From: Bdellovibrionia bacterium
GTDB taxonomy: Bacteria; Bdellovibrionota; Bdellovibrionia; Bdellovibrionales; JAGQZY01
Assembly: GCA_030427805.1 (NCBI GenBank)
Contig: JAUICP010000003.1
Coordinates: 515,758-579,757 of the forward strand
Length of the DNA stretch: 64,000 nucleotides
Direction of reading: 5' to 3'
Part shown: piece by piece, positions 45,974-56,079 of the stretch
Layout of the letters: every line of letters starts with the position of its first letter
How positions within the stretch are numbered: the first letter of the stretch is position 1
Notes under the pieces: generated by a model
Database searches by the model: none
What the model saw: only the letters and a program-made list of their open reading frames with translations
What the model was told of the DNA's origin: nothing
Translations under genes and position numbers: made by a program

Positions 45974-48112
45974 ATGGGTGTTTTCGTAAGAATTCTAATT
46001 TTATGGACTTTGGTTTCATGTACAAGTAATCCGGTTGATCAGCAACTCGATCAAATCCGCCATCTTCAGTCAGGCCACAAACATCAAACGTATCAAAATG
46101 AGATGGCTCGAGTTTGGTTCGACAACTACACAAAAGCTCTTGAATTGGTGGATTCCAATAGAACCCAGAGCTGTAGCCTCTTTTCGGGCCTCGCCCTCGA
46201 TAGAAAATTCCCACTCAATAAAGTTGCAAGCCTTAGACTCCTCGAAAACTGCCCAGGTCCCCACCCAAAACAAGTTTCCCTTGTGGCAAAAAAGGTAGAC
46301 CAAGACTGGCTCGAAAAATTAAAAATAAATGCACTCCTTGTCGACGCCCACAGAAACAAAGACGTTCGAGACATTATGGACTGGAGTTTCGAAAAGTCCA
46401 AAGTGTTGACCGATCAAGAAGAAAAACTCAATTATACCTTTGAGGCACTCAAGGCAGCAAAACGAGTTCGCGATAAAAAGAAAATCGAAACGCTCCAAGC
46501 TCGCGTATACAAACTTGCACCGAGACTCATCCAACGACCGAAGCGTTCAGAGTATTTAAAGGTCGCCGCGGACTTTAAGAAAAATCGAGATTTTAAACTA
46601 GCGCTTAGATATTATTTTAAGGTGGTTAAATATCGCAAGAGTTCTTGGGAGGATAAGTATCAAGCACTTCGAGGAATTCGTTCAGTTTTTAGATTGCAAC
46701 GAACCTCAAAAATGGGTGAATACATCCAGGCAACGAAGGATCTGGCGCAATTTACCGAAAGACGTTTTAACAACTGGAGAACTCGAAGATATTGGACGAG
46801 TCGCTATCACGACAACCAAGTCCTCTATGCGCGGACGCTCTGGAGTTATAAGAGTCGAAACAGTGCCATTCGAGTATTGCAAAGGACCCAGGTTAAATTA
46901 AAAGGCAAACACAGCCTTGCCCAAGTCTATTGGTTGAGAGCCCGCATGGCGGAAGAAGCTAAGAATTACAACGAGTCAATCGCTTGGCTCGAAAAGGCCG
47001 CCGATGAGCCGCGTATGGGCCCTAATATGGACGACGAAATTCGATGGCACCTGGCTTGGAATTACAACAAGAAGGGCCAATTCAAAAAAGCGATTGAGCA
47101 GTTCGATGAGTCTATTAAGTTAACTACTAACATCTTTCTAAAGCACAAACTCTATTTTTGGAAAGCGAAGGTCCTACAAAAAGATGGTCAAGGAGATCTC
47201 GCTCAAAAAACCTTTAATGAACTCATCGAATTAGATCCAATTGGGTACTATGGAATTTTAGCTTACCGACAATTAGATCAAGCCATACCGGCAGTACGAT
47301 CACTCGCTTCTACCAACAAACTAGCAAATCTTGAAGAAATCATCGGCAAAACAGACTTGGTGACTCTCGAGTGGCTCATCGCCGTCAAAGAAAAGGATCT
47401 CTCTCGAAAGTTTCTCGATTCACTTTCTGAGAAAAAGTTGGTTTCAAATACAAAAAATTCAACTGAAGTATGGACTCAGTTTTTAAAGTACTACGCCCGA
47501 GCGGGAGATTACCTGGGACTGTTTATGCAGCTTGGTAATATCGACTCTGAGCTTCGCGATCAGATCTTTCAGAAAAACCCACAACTTCTCTTTCCTGAAC
47601 CTTTTAAGGATCATGTCACCGAAGCAGCCGAACATTTCGAAGTGAATCCTAATCTCATCTATTCGATCATGCGTCAGGAGTCGGCTTTCAATCCCAAAGC
47701 TAGGTCCCATGCCGATGCCTTTGGACTCATGCAGTTAATTCCAGAAATGGCAAAGCGAGCCGCTCGCTATGCTAATATTCGCTTTCAAAGGCACCGGGAA
47801 CTCTACGACCCCGAAACCAATATCATGCTCGGTAGTGCTTTTTTGAAAAACCTTTTAGGCAAAAACAATAACAACTTTTTGGTCACAGTGGCTTCTTACA
47901 ATGCCAGTGAGAAAGCCATTAAGAATTGGGTACAAACCCGATATACGGGTGACCCCTTAGAGTTTATTGAGGACATTCCCTACTCTGAAACCCAGGGATA
48001 TATAAAACTCGTTTTGAGAAACTTAGTTTTCTATCAAAGACTGAACTCAGACGGTGAAGCCATCTACTTTCCCGAGTGGTGTCTACAGTCTTTACAGGAC
48101 TTCAAATCATAG
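45974..48112 (+). CDS. soluble lytic murein transglycosylase (Slt70-like)
   Basis: Long superhelical N-terminal region. The C-terminal SLT domain reads IMRQESAFNPKARSHADAFGLMQL ... YNAS. Confidence 0.88.
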   Translation: MGVFVRILILWTLVSCTSNPVDQQLDQIRHLQSGHKHQTYQNEMARVWFDNYTKALELVDSNRTQSCSLFSGLALDRKFPLNKVASLRLLENCPGPHPKQVSLVAKKVDQDWLEKLKINALLVDAHRNKDVRDIMDWSFEKSKVLTDQEEKLNYTFEALKAAKRVRDKKKIETLQARVYKLAPRLIQRPKRSEYLKVAADFKKNRDFKLALRYYFKVVKYRKSSWEDKYQALRGIRSVFRLQRTSKMGEYIQATKDLAQFTERRFNNWRTRRYWTSRYHDNQVLYARTLWSYKSRNSAIRVLQRTQVKLKGKHSLAQVYWLRARMAEEAKNYNESIAWLEKAADEPRMGPNMDDEIRWHLAWNYNKKGQFKKAIEQFDESIKLTTNIFLKHKLYFWKAKVLQKDGQGDLAQKTFNELIELDPIGYYGILAYRQLDQAIPAVRSLASTNKLANLEEIIGKTDLVTLEWLIAVKEKDLSRKFLDSLSEKKLVSNTKNSTEVWTQFLKYYARAGDYLGLFMQLGNIDSELRDQIFQKNPQLLFPEPFKDHVTEAAEHFEVNPNLIYSIMRQESAFNPKARSHADAFGLMQLIPEMAKRAARYANIRFQRHRELYDPETNIMLGSAFLKNLLGKNNNNFLVTVASYNASEKAIKNWVQTRYTGDPLEFIEDIPYSETQGYIKLVLRNLVFYQRLNSDGEAIYFPEWCLQSLQDFKS

Positions 48113-48226
48113 CCAAATGATTAAATAGTCTCGTTTTAAGCCTTAATGATTTCAATAATTTAGAGCCCAAATCTCGGCACCTGTATTGCTGTATATATTA
48201 TTATCAAATCGTTACAGGGATAGAGA

Positions 48227-49558
48227 ATGATATCAAGAGCCATAAATTTAGTACTTTTCATCGCTTTACTCGGAATAGCCTACATCGTTTGGGAAGGCCT
48301 CGGATTGATGTCTGATAAGACGATCGCATCTGTACCTGAAACAGAAGTTGAGCACAAGCCAACTCGAGACATGGAACTCGGAACAGCTACAAAGCAAAAA
48401 TCAAAACGAATCGAATCAAAGGTGATTATGAATGACCCCGCTATGTCACAAAAGTGGGGACTTCAGAAGATGCAAGCCAAGAAAGCCTGGGACGTTTCTC
48501 AGGGAAGTAAAGAGATCATCATCGCCGTCATCGATACAGGAATTGATATCAATCACAAAGACCTCAAAGCAAACCTTTGGGTGAATACCGGCGAAACAGG
48601 AATTGATCCCATCACAAAAAAGGATCGCTCTAAAGATGGGATCGATAACGATCGCAATGGCTGTATTGATGACGTTCACGGTTGTAACTTTATCACGGGA
48701 ACTGGGGACCTTACTGATAATCACGGTCACGGAACCCATATCGCAGGAATTATCGGTGCCGAAGGCGGAAACGGTTTTGGTATTAGTGGTGTCGCGCCTA
48801 AAATTAGTTTAATGATTCTCAAATACTACGATCCAAAAGCTTCTGGCGTGAACAACCTTAAAAACACGATTCGATCCATTCAGTACGCCGTCGATAAAAA
48901 GGCTCACATTATTAACTACTCTGGTGGTGGACTCGAATTTAGCCAAGAAGAATTCGACGCTGTTCAACTTGCGGCTCAAAACAAAGTACTCTTTGTGGCT
49001 GCTGCTGGTAACGAACGCTCAAACTCTGACCAAGCTAAATACTATCCGGCAGATTACGAGCTATCGAATATTATTTCGGTGACAGCCGTTGATCCAAAAA
49101 CACAAGTTCTAGCCACGAGTAACTATGGAGTTTCTACCGTGGATATCGCAGCCCCAGGGCAAGATATCTTTTCGACACTGCCCGGAAACTCTTTTGGCTT
49201 AATGACAGGAACCTCACAAGCAACAGCCTTTGTGAGTGGCGTTGCCGCCCTCGTTATGGCCAGTAACCGCGAATACTCAGCTGCCGATGTCAAACGCTAC
49301 ATCTTAAAGACCGGTGATGAGTACCCATGGTTGCGCTCGAAAACGGGAACCTCAAAAAAGCTGAATATCTATAAGGCTCTAACAACACTCGATTCGGGAG
49401 TTTCCGCAACAGGTGTTATTGCCTCGAATGTTCACAATATGAAGTCTGACCAATTTGTATCGGACCCCAATGTGAAACTTCAAACTGGCGACGCCGCTCG
49501 CGACATTGCCAACTTCGGCAAAATGCTTATGGAGTCAATGAGCAACCAGAAAAAGTAA
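48227..49558 (+). CDS. subtilisin-like serine protease (S8)
   Basis: VIDTGID (Asp), HGTHIAGIIGA (His), GTSQATAFVSGV (Ser). N-terminal signal anchor. Confidence 0.92.
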   Translation: MISRAINLVLFIALLGIAYIVWEGLGLMSDKTIASVPETEVEHKPTRDMELGTATKQKSKRIESKVIMNDPAMSQKWGLQKMQAKKAWDVSQGSKEIIIAVIDTGIDINHKDLKANLWVNTGETGIDPITKKDRSKDGIDNDRNGCIDDVHGCNFITGTGDLTDNHGHGTHIAGIIGAEGGNGFGISGVAPKISLMILKYYDPKASGVNNLKNTIRSIQYAVDKKAHIINYSGGGLEFSQEEFDAVQLAAQNKVLFVAAAGNERSNSDQAKYYPADYELSNIISVTAVDPKTQVLATSNYGVSTVDIAAPGQDIFSTLPGNSFGLMTGTSQATAFVSGVAALVMASNREYSAADVKRYILKTGDEYPWLRSKTGTSKKLNIYKALTTLDSGVSATGVIASNVHNMKSDQFVSDPNVKLQTGDAARDIANFGKMLMESMSNQKK

Positions 49559-49560
49559 GT

Positions 49561-50004
49561 CCCCACTTTGTAATTTCTCTCCAAACTTCCTTACTAAAAA
49601 CTGATAGGGACTTTGAGCCTTCCCGTGGGGCCCCCAGATTCATCCGCTCTCCTTCTTCATACAAGTCCTCAACTTCAGGGTAAGCGCTTCATTTTAGGTA
49701 TTTGTCTCTGCTTAATTGAAGTCTTAAACTCTATAATTTTCGAGTTCCGCAGGCTCTATTAACAGCTGAGTTAATTTTCCTTTTCTAGTTTGATAATGAG
49801 GCGGCCCTGTGCCGAGGACTGTTTGAGAATAATTATAGAGTTTAAGACTTCAAATAAGTGGAGACTCAAATAATCTACCTAAAATGAAGCGCTTACGCTG
49901 AAGTCTGCGGAACTTGAAGGAGAGGGCGAATCTGGGGGCCCCACAGAAAGCAAAGGTCCTATCAGTTTTTAGCCAGGAAGTTTGGAGTGTAAAAGGAAGT
50001 GGGG
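49561..50004. repeat. 444-bp mosaic imperfect palindrome filling the gap between convergent genes
   Basis: Reverse-complementary blocks: 49561-68/49997-50004, 49579-90/49976-87, 49594-608/49958-72, 49625-41/49928-44, 49647-55/49916-24, 49672-700/49876-904, 49716-38/49831-53. They are separated by non-matching blocks. The centre spans 49739-49830. Confidence 0.85.
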
Positions 50005-50020
50005 GGTGCTTTTTTGGGGG

Positions 50021-50218
50021 TTATTGGCTTGGGATTGGTTTTTCGCGGTCATAGCATTGGCAGTTTCCACTTTGAAACTCCCCGATTTTGCCAAACCGGG
50101 CACACATGCTTCGACACTGCATTGGATCCGTAGGGGCCGAAGGCATTCTAAAGGAACTACAACTGAGAAGAAAAAGAACACTCAAAAGCCAAGAAAGACT
50201 TTTTAAAAAGATTCCCAT
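50021..50218 (-). CDS. putative 65-aa Cys-containing lipoprotein
   Basis: The internal Met of track ORF 50021..50296 gives MGIFLKSLSWLLSVLFLLSCSS (lipobox LLSC). The mature part carries CxxxC and CxC. It starts 7 nt after the upstream stop. No clear RBS. Confidence 0.4.
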   Translation of the reverse strand: MGIFLKSLSWLLSVLFLLSCSSFRMPSAPTDPMQCRSMCARFGKIGEFQSGNCQCYDREKPIPSQ

Positions 50219-50225
50219 AACTCGA

Positions 50226-51155
50226 CTATTTTTTTGAATCCAAAAAGGATTTCGTTTCAGCATTGGCGCGGAAGAGCCAGCGAACACCAAGAACAAGTGC
50301 GAGAAGGGCTGCGCCTAAACCGACAAGATTTTTCATTTCGGGCTGAAGAAGGCCAAAAGAAATCATGGCTAAGGAAAGAACAATGGCAATCCAAGAAAGG
50401 CCATAATCCTTCACTTTCACTCGTGTCGGTGATTTCTCTTCCGTTTTTTCCGAAAGCATATTCTGCTCAACTAAAGCTTGAATCTTCTTTTTAGAGGGTC
50501 GAGCGAAGGCATCTAATGGGTTCATACTTAATATTCGACCATATTTATGGGCTGCAAAACTCAGCTCAGAGGCTTCATGACACTCATCGATAAATTCCTG
50601 ATGGAGGTCCCGGTCATTCCAGTTGTTGACCACATGCTGCCATTTCGCCTGAAGCTCCGGAGTTCCGTGAATTATAGGGACCTCGGACTCCTCCTCCTGA
50701 GGATTTTCGCGAAGGGTCTTTAAGTCCGCCTTGCAGTTGTAACACTGGTCCATGGTGCTCAGAACCTCGGTATGACATACAGGGCAATCTTCTTTCTCCT
50801 CGATCTCAAGAGGCTCTGGTTCTTTCTTAGCCTTTACAGGGGCAGGTTCTACAGCTCCCGTGGGAATCTCCTTAAGAGGAATATCCTCTGGAATTCCAGG
50901 TTCAAGTGGCTCTCTCTGAGTGATTGATTCGGGGCTCTGACTTAGAGTATTATCTAAACCGGCGCTTACAAAGGGATAGGCTTGGATTTCGATATCCAAA
51001 AAAGGCTGGGGCCACGCGAAGAAAAATCGCTCATCACAGGCCTTGCACTGGAAAACAGGCTTGTTATTTTGGATAACGTAAGCATCGACCGAGTAGGGAG
51101 TAAAACATTGGGGACATCGTGTTCGAACAACTAGATTTTCGCGATTTTTATCCAA
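50226..51155 (-). CDS. zinc-ribbon membrane protein, unknown function
   Basis: CPQC...CKAC and CPVC...CYNC zinc-ribbon pairs, with two C-terminal TM helices. Confidence 0.6.
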   Translation of the reverse strand: MDKNRENLVVRTRCPQCFTPYSVDAYVIQNNKPVFQCKACDERFFFAWPQPFLDIEIQAYPFVSAGLDNTLSQSPESITQREPLEPGIPEDIPLKEIPTGAVEPAPVKAKKEPEPLEIEEKEDCPVCHTEVLSTMDQCYNCKADLKTLRENPQEEESEVPIIHGTPELQAKWQHVVNNWNDRDLHQEFIDECHEASELSFAAHKYGRILSMNPLDAFARPSKKKIQALVEQNMLSEKTEEKSPTRVKVKDYGLSWIAIVLSLAMISFGLLQPEMKNLVGLGAALLALVLGVRWLFRANAETKSFLDSKK

Positions 51156-51189
51156 TGTTTTCTCCAGTTCAACTTGATAGGCTTATTAT

Positions 51190-52749
51190 ATGAAAATTAA
51201 AAATTGGTTCAAGTTCTATTCTCTCCCATTGTTATCCGGTTTTCTAATTGGAACAAGCTATATTCCGTTCCCGCCATGGGCTTTATTTTTCTGCCTCATC
51301 CCCCTTTTTCTTTTCATAGAGAAAACAGAGAGTCTAAAGAAGGTATTCTTTGGTGCTTGGATGACCCAATACATTTTAAATTTAATTGGCTTTCATTGGA
51401 TTGCCCACACCGCTGCCGAATTTGGTCACCTTCACTGGACTCTTTCTACTTTAGTTCTCCTGGCTTTTTGTAGTTTCGCCCATTTGCAGTTCCCACTGTC
51501 AGCCCTTCTTTTTGTGTGGCTCAAGAAAAAAGCGAAGCTTCCGGAATACTCTCACCTGTGGATCATCGCTCTTTGCTTTTTGGCCGTTGATAGTGTTTGG
51601 CCCATGATCTTTCGATGGCATCTGGGCTACCCATGGATCTGGGCTGGCGTTCCCGCTATCCACTTCACCGAATTCATTGGCTTTATCGGGCTTCACGTCT
51701 ATACAGTTTTTTTCAACGTGACCTTGATTTATATTTGGCGCCATCGAAAAGAAAACCGAAAGAAGATGAAACTTGCGACTGGTGCTCTCTTCTCGATTCT
51801 TATTTTTATGAATATTGTCGGAATTTTGCGAAAAGACCACTGGTCGAAAACTGATGCCGAAGTAAAGTTCTTAATGGTCCAAGGTAACATTGGTAATGTC
51901 GAAAAAGTCGCCGCGGAAGTGCAAGGAGATTTTATTGGCCACATTACTGACACCTATTACAATATCACCCGTGAGGGATTGGCGAAGTATCCCGACACCG
52001 AAATTGTAGTCTGGCCCGAGACTGCTTTTCCTGAGTACCTCAACACCTATTATCACCGCAGGACAACCGTTCGCCGGTTGAAGGATTTTTTAAGAGAACA
52101 AAATGTTTATCTGATGACGGGAGCTTACACTAGAGATCGCCAGACGAAACAAATTTACAACTCACTCTATTCCCTTAAACCCAATGGTGACTTTGCCGAT
52201 GAGGCTTACCACAAAACGATTCTTTTAGCATTTGGTGAGTACCTGCCTTTGGGAAATGTCTTTCCTGAGCTCAAAAAAATGGTCCCCTTTGTTTCTGATT
52301 TCGGAAGAGGAAAAGGGCCCACCAATTTGGAAGTCGGCCAGTGGAACTTTGGTCCGCAGATTTGTTACGAAGGACTCTTTCCTTCTTTTTCGGCAAGCCT
52401 TGCTCACCAAGGGGCTGAAATTTTGGTCAACATCACTAATGACTCTTGGTTTGGTTATCCATTTGAGCCCTATCAGCACCTATATATGACGTTTGCAAGG
52501 GCTCTTGAATTTGGTCGCCCCCTCGTTCGTGGCACTAACACGGGGCTAACAACAGGTATTTTAGCCGACGGTACAATTATCCCGCCCGGACCGAGAAATA
52601 CTGAACTCGCAAAGCAAGTTGTCATTAAGTACAAGAAGAATCCACCGCAAACTTTTTACTCTTACTTTGCTGGCTATTGGTTTTTAATTTTAATTTTATC
52701 CCTTCTAATAACAGTAGGAATTTACTTTGTCAGATCTCGCAAACATTGA
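51190..52749 (+). CDS. lnt: apolipoprotein N-acyltransferase
   Basis: N-terminal polytopic domain plus a CN-hydrolase domain: VVWPETAFP (Glu), YHKTILLAFGEYLP (Lys), QICYEG (Cys). Confidence 0.93.
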   Translation: MKIKNWFKFYSLPLLSGFLIGTSYIPFPPWALFFCLIPLFLFIEKTESLKKVFFGAWMTQYILNLIGFHWIAHTAAEFGHLHWTLSTLVLLAFCSFAHLQFPLSALLFVWLKKKAKLPEYSHLWIIALCFLAVDSVWPMIFRWHLGYPWIWAGVPAIHFTEFIGFIGLHVYTVFFNVTLIYIWRHRKENRKKMKLATGALFSILIFMNIVGILRKDHWSKTDAEVKFLMVQGNIGNVEKVAAEVQGDFIGHITDTYYNITREGLAKYPDTEIVVWPETAFPEYLNTYYHRRTTVRRLKDFLREQNVYLMTGAYTRDRQTKQIYNSLYSLKPNGDFADEAYHKTILLAFGEYLPLGNVFPELKKMVPFVSDFGRGKGPTNLEVGQWNFGPQICYEGLFPSFSASLAHQGAEILVNITNDSWFGYPFEPYQHLYMTFARALEFGRPLVRGTNTGLTTGILADGTIIPPGPRNTELAKQVVIKYKKNPPQTFYSYFAGYWFLILILSLLITVGIYFVRSRKH

Positions 52750-55063
52750 TTGGTTTCATATTCTTGATCGGTTAAAAAACTATGCAACGAGTGAAGTTGG
52801 TCGTGCTGAGCTCGCTGAAATTTCTCCATTGAGCTCAGAGGAGTCCGCTTACCGTGGGTTTAAAACGGTGGAAGAGTGTCAGAGAGTTCTTTTGCAAGGG
52901 GAGCGCCCCTTTATGGAAAGTCTCGACTTGTTTTCGACGTGGATTTCTCGTCTCGAAAAAGGGGCCACATTAAAAACGATCGAACTCAAGGATGTTCGCC
53001 ATTTTTCAATTGAAGTTATTGCCCTGACCGAGGTTTTAAGTGTTCACGAAACCGAGTGGGTCTCCATGCAAAAACGGCAACTCATGGACGGAACGGGCCC
53101 ATTGTCGGCAATCGACCATATTATGACTCCCGCCGGTGAAATCCGAACGGATGCCAGTGAAACATTATACAACCTCTATCGAGAACGAAATCAACAGAGT
53201 AAATCTGTGCAACAGATCTTAGATAAACTCATTAAAAAACATGAACTCGAAAGTGTTCTTCAAGACAAATACGTAACTAATAGAGAAGGACGGATGGTCA
53301 TCCCCATTAAGAGTGGAATGCGCCACCAATTTGAGGGAATTATTCATGCCGCAAGTTCCTCTAAGCAAACCGTATTTATGGAGCCAGAAGAAATCATTCC
53401 TCTCAATAATCGAATTCGACAGATCGACTCGGATATCGAGGCCGAAATCGAAAGGCTCCTCACTGAACTTTCCCAATATCTAGCAAGTCTCAGTAATGAT
53501 TTTAATTCCAGTTTTGAAATCCTAAAAACTTTGGATATGGAACTCTCTAAAGCACAGTTATCAAATGCGTTAAATGCTGTTCCGATTCAATTCGATCAAG
53601 CGACGATCGATCTCAAAGAACTCCGGCACCCAGTCCTCGTCCTATCGAGCGAGAATGTCGTCGAAAACAATGTGAAGCTAGAAAAAGAAAAGCGAATTCT
53701 CTTGCTTTCGGGACCCAACGCCGGAGGAAAAACGGTCCTCCTTAAAGCGGTGGGCCTTGCGGCTCATATGGCAGCTTGCGGTCTTCCCGTCTGCGCCACC
53801 GAAAACTCAAAGCTTCCTTTTTTCAAAGAAATCGTTGTTGCCGTTGGTGACTCACAGAGTGTTGATGAACATCTCAGTACCTTTGCTGCCCACGTAAAAA
53901 TCCTCAACGAGTCCACTCTCCATAAATCTTCAGACTGCCTCCTTCTCATTGATGAGATCTGTGGGTCAACAGATCCCGAAGAGGGCTCTGCTCTAGCCCG
54001 TGCCTTTATCGAAAATTACGCCGAAAACAATGTGTTCGGAGTGATCACTTCGCACTTGGGGCCCCTCAAATTGGGCTGGGATGAAAATTCAGGTGTGATC
54101 AATGGCTCCATGGAATACTCCGACAAAACGGGACAGCCTACCTACCAATTTATTATGGGTTTAGCCGGACAATCTCTCGCCATCCGAACAGCCGAAAAGG
54201 TAGGGGTTCATCCAGACATTATTAAAAAATCTCTTGAATACCTGACCCCTGAATCAAAAACCCAAGAAGAGGCGAGAAGAGATTTAGATAAGCAAAAAGA
54301 GGAACTCCGTGAAGTTCGAAAAAATCTACAAGAACAAATTCGTGAAAGCCGCGACACCAAGGCGAAATATGAAAAGTTGATGCAAGAGTATCGCAAAGAA
54401 AAAAGTCAAATGCTCGACCGGGCCCTCAAGCGTGCCGAAAAGAAACTCGATGACATGGTCGAAAAGGCCAAGGTTAAAGATATTTTTAGCAAGCACGACG
54501 AAGTTAATCGCATTAAAAAAGAAATGCCCGAAGTCGTTAAAGCCAAGGATGCTGATAAATCAAATAATAAAATTTCTAGTCTTGAGGATTTCGAAAAAGC
54601 CTACCCTCCTGGCTCACAGGTTTATATCGCGAACCTACAAAAAGATGCCGTCATTCAAGGGGGAGCTAATGGAAAAGGAGAGATCCCAGTCCTTTCCAAT
54701 TCCATGCGCCTTTTTGTTCACTGGGAACAACTACGCCCTCCTCAGAATGCAGCCAATCCAACGCAAAATATTATTCGTCGATCCAGTGCCGGCGTGAATG
54801 TGATGATAAGCGAGAGTTATCGCACTGTGGATGTTCGTGGACAAACCATCGATGATTCGGTGAGCACACTGGAATTGCAAATGGATGCAGCCATGGCCAA
54901 TGGTGAAGAGCGAGTAAAAATTGTTCACGGCCATGGAACTGAGGCCCTTAAAAAAGCAGTTCGTGCCCACCTATCGCGATCCATCTATGTCCGTGGCTGG
55001 CGCGCTGGCACTAAAGATACCGGTGGCGATGGCGTAACTTGGGTCGACTTAGATAAGAGCTAG
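52727..55063 (+). CDS. mutS2: endonuclease MutS2 (MutS domain plus C-terminal Smr)
   Basis: LSGPNAGGKTVLLK Walker A, LIDEICGSTDPEEG, C-terminal Smr VDVRGQTIDD...KIVHGHGTEALKKAV. TTG start overlaps lnt by 23 nt. Confidence 0.95.
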   Translation: MSDLANIDWFHILDRLKNYATSEVGRAELAEISPLSSEESAYRGFKTVEECQRVLLQGERPFMESLDLFSTWISRLEKGATLKTIELKDVRHFSIEVIALTEVLSVHETEWVSMQKRQLMDGTGPLSAIDHIMTPAGEIRTDASETLYNLYRERNQQSKSVQQILDKLIKKHELESVLQDKYVTNREGRMVIPIKSGMRHQFEGIIHAASSSKQTVFMEPEEIIPLNNRIRQIDSDIEAEIERLLTELSQYLASLSNDFNSSFEILKTLDMELSKAQLSNALNAVPIQFDQATIDLKELRHPVLVLSSENVVENNVKLEKEKRILLLSGPNAGGKTVLLKAVGLAAHMAACGLPVCATENSKLPFFKEIVVAVGDSQSVDEHLSTFAAHVKILNESTLHKSSDCLLLIDEICGSTDPEEGSALARAFIENYAENNVFGVITSHLGPLKLGWDENSGVINGSMEYSDKTGQPTYQFIMGLAGQSLAIRTAEKVGVHPDIIKKSLEYLTPESKTQEEARRDLDKQKEELREVRKNLQEQIRESRDTKAKYEKLMQEYRKEKSQMLDRALKRAEKKLDDMVEKAKVKDIFSKHDEVNRIKKEMPEVVKAKDADKSNNKISSLEDFEKAYPPGSQVYIANLQKDAVIQGGANGKGEIPVLSNSMRLFVHWEQLRPPQNAANPTQNIIRRSSAGVNVMISESYRTVDVRGQTIDDSVSTLELQMDAAMANGEERVKIVHGHGTEALKKAVRAHLSRSIYVRGWRAGTKDTGGDGVTWVDLDKS

Positions 55064-55073
55064 CCCGAGGCTT

Positions 55074-55889
55074 TTACAAAACACCACATTTGATTTTGTC
55101 ATTGATGGCTTCAATTTCGGGAACAACCAATTTGAAGCCCACGCAACTCTTAACATCTTGAACTAATTTTTCGCTATCTATACTTTCGGTCGCCTGAAAG
55201 TGCCCCCACAACACCGAGGATCGAGTGAGGTCAAAAAGAATTTTCCCTTTGTGAAAGACATTATACTTGGCAGTTTTATCTTTCAATCGTGGTATGACCT
55301 TGGCTTCAATACCGATTTCCACGCACTCATGATTCTTTTTACAGCGATACACGCGCTCCAATTTAAACTTTGACTCAAGCTTAAATGGGGTCTCTCCCAT
55401 TTTCCAAGTCGTCGTGTAGTCCCATGTACTACCCGGCTTTACTTTACCTTCAGGAAAGACCATATAGGGGACCATGTAAAAAGAGTCTTTTGGGAAATTT
55501 CCGGCCGATAGAATATTTCCACGCCAATCATAAACCCTTTCAAAGGCCTCACCGATATCCGGCAAACCAAAAACCTCCAACGGGACCAAGCCATCTTTTT
55601 TAACGGTCGTCTCCAGATATTTGAAGGTCTTCTTTTTTTCATCAAGAGTCTTCGCAACCTGGACGAGCTCGAAATCTACCACTTGGTCCCTCTGATGGCG
55701 AAGTGCCCCATCCTCCATGGTTTTGGTTCTCGATTCACTAAGGTATCTAAAGTGCTCTTTACGATTGAGCTTTGGCCTAAACTGCAGCGTAACCTCTTTG
55801 TTCAACTCTACTTCCGGCCCTTTTGAAGGTGACTGGCAAGCCACTACAAAAAGAATTAAGGTCAACGGCAATATATTTAATAGTCTCAA
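55074..55889 (-). CDS. lipoprotein, unknown function
   Basis: Lipobox FVVAC. Confidence 0.55.
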   Translation of the reverse strand: MRLLNILPLTLILFVVACQSPSKGPEVELNKEVTLQFRPKLNRKEHFRYLSESRTKTMEDGALRHQRDQVVDFELVQVAKTLDEKKKTFKYLETTVKKDGLVPLEVFGLPDIGEAFERVYDWRGNILSAGNFPKDSFYMVPYMVFPEGKVKPGSTWDYTTTWKMGETPFKLESKFKLERVYRCKKNHECVEIGIEAKVIPRLKDKTAKYNVFHKGKILFDLTRSSVLWGHFQATESIDSEKLVQDVKSCVGFKLVVPEIEAINDKIKCGVL

Positions 55890-56033
55890 CGAAGGCTCCC
55901 CTGGGCGGCTGCTTGAGCCTTTGACAGCCTCAAGACAATTTTTGGCGAATTGGATCTATGCTTTAACTCTGTCTCATAATGATACAATTTTCCAGCTCTA
56001 AATCACTAAAAACAGGGGTAAAAACTGAAAACT

Positions 56034-56049
56034 TTGGCATTTCACTTGC
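56034..56049 (+). promoter_or_regulatory. sigma-54 (-24/-12) promoter upstream of a lipoprotein gene
   Basis: TGGCATTTCACTTGCT with exact GG-N10-GC spacing, 30 nt upstream of the ATG at 56080. Confidence 0.55.
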
Positions 56050-56079
56050 TCTATTAAAAGACAAAGTAGCGAGGTAGAA

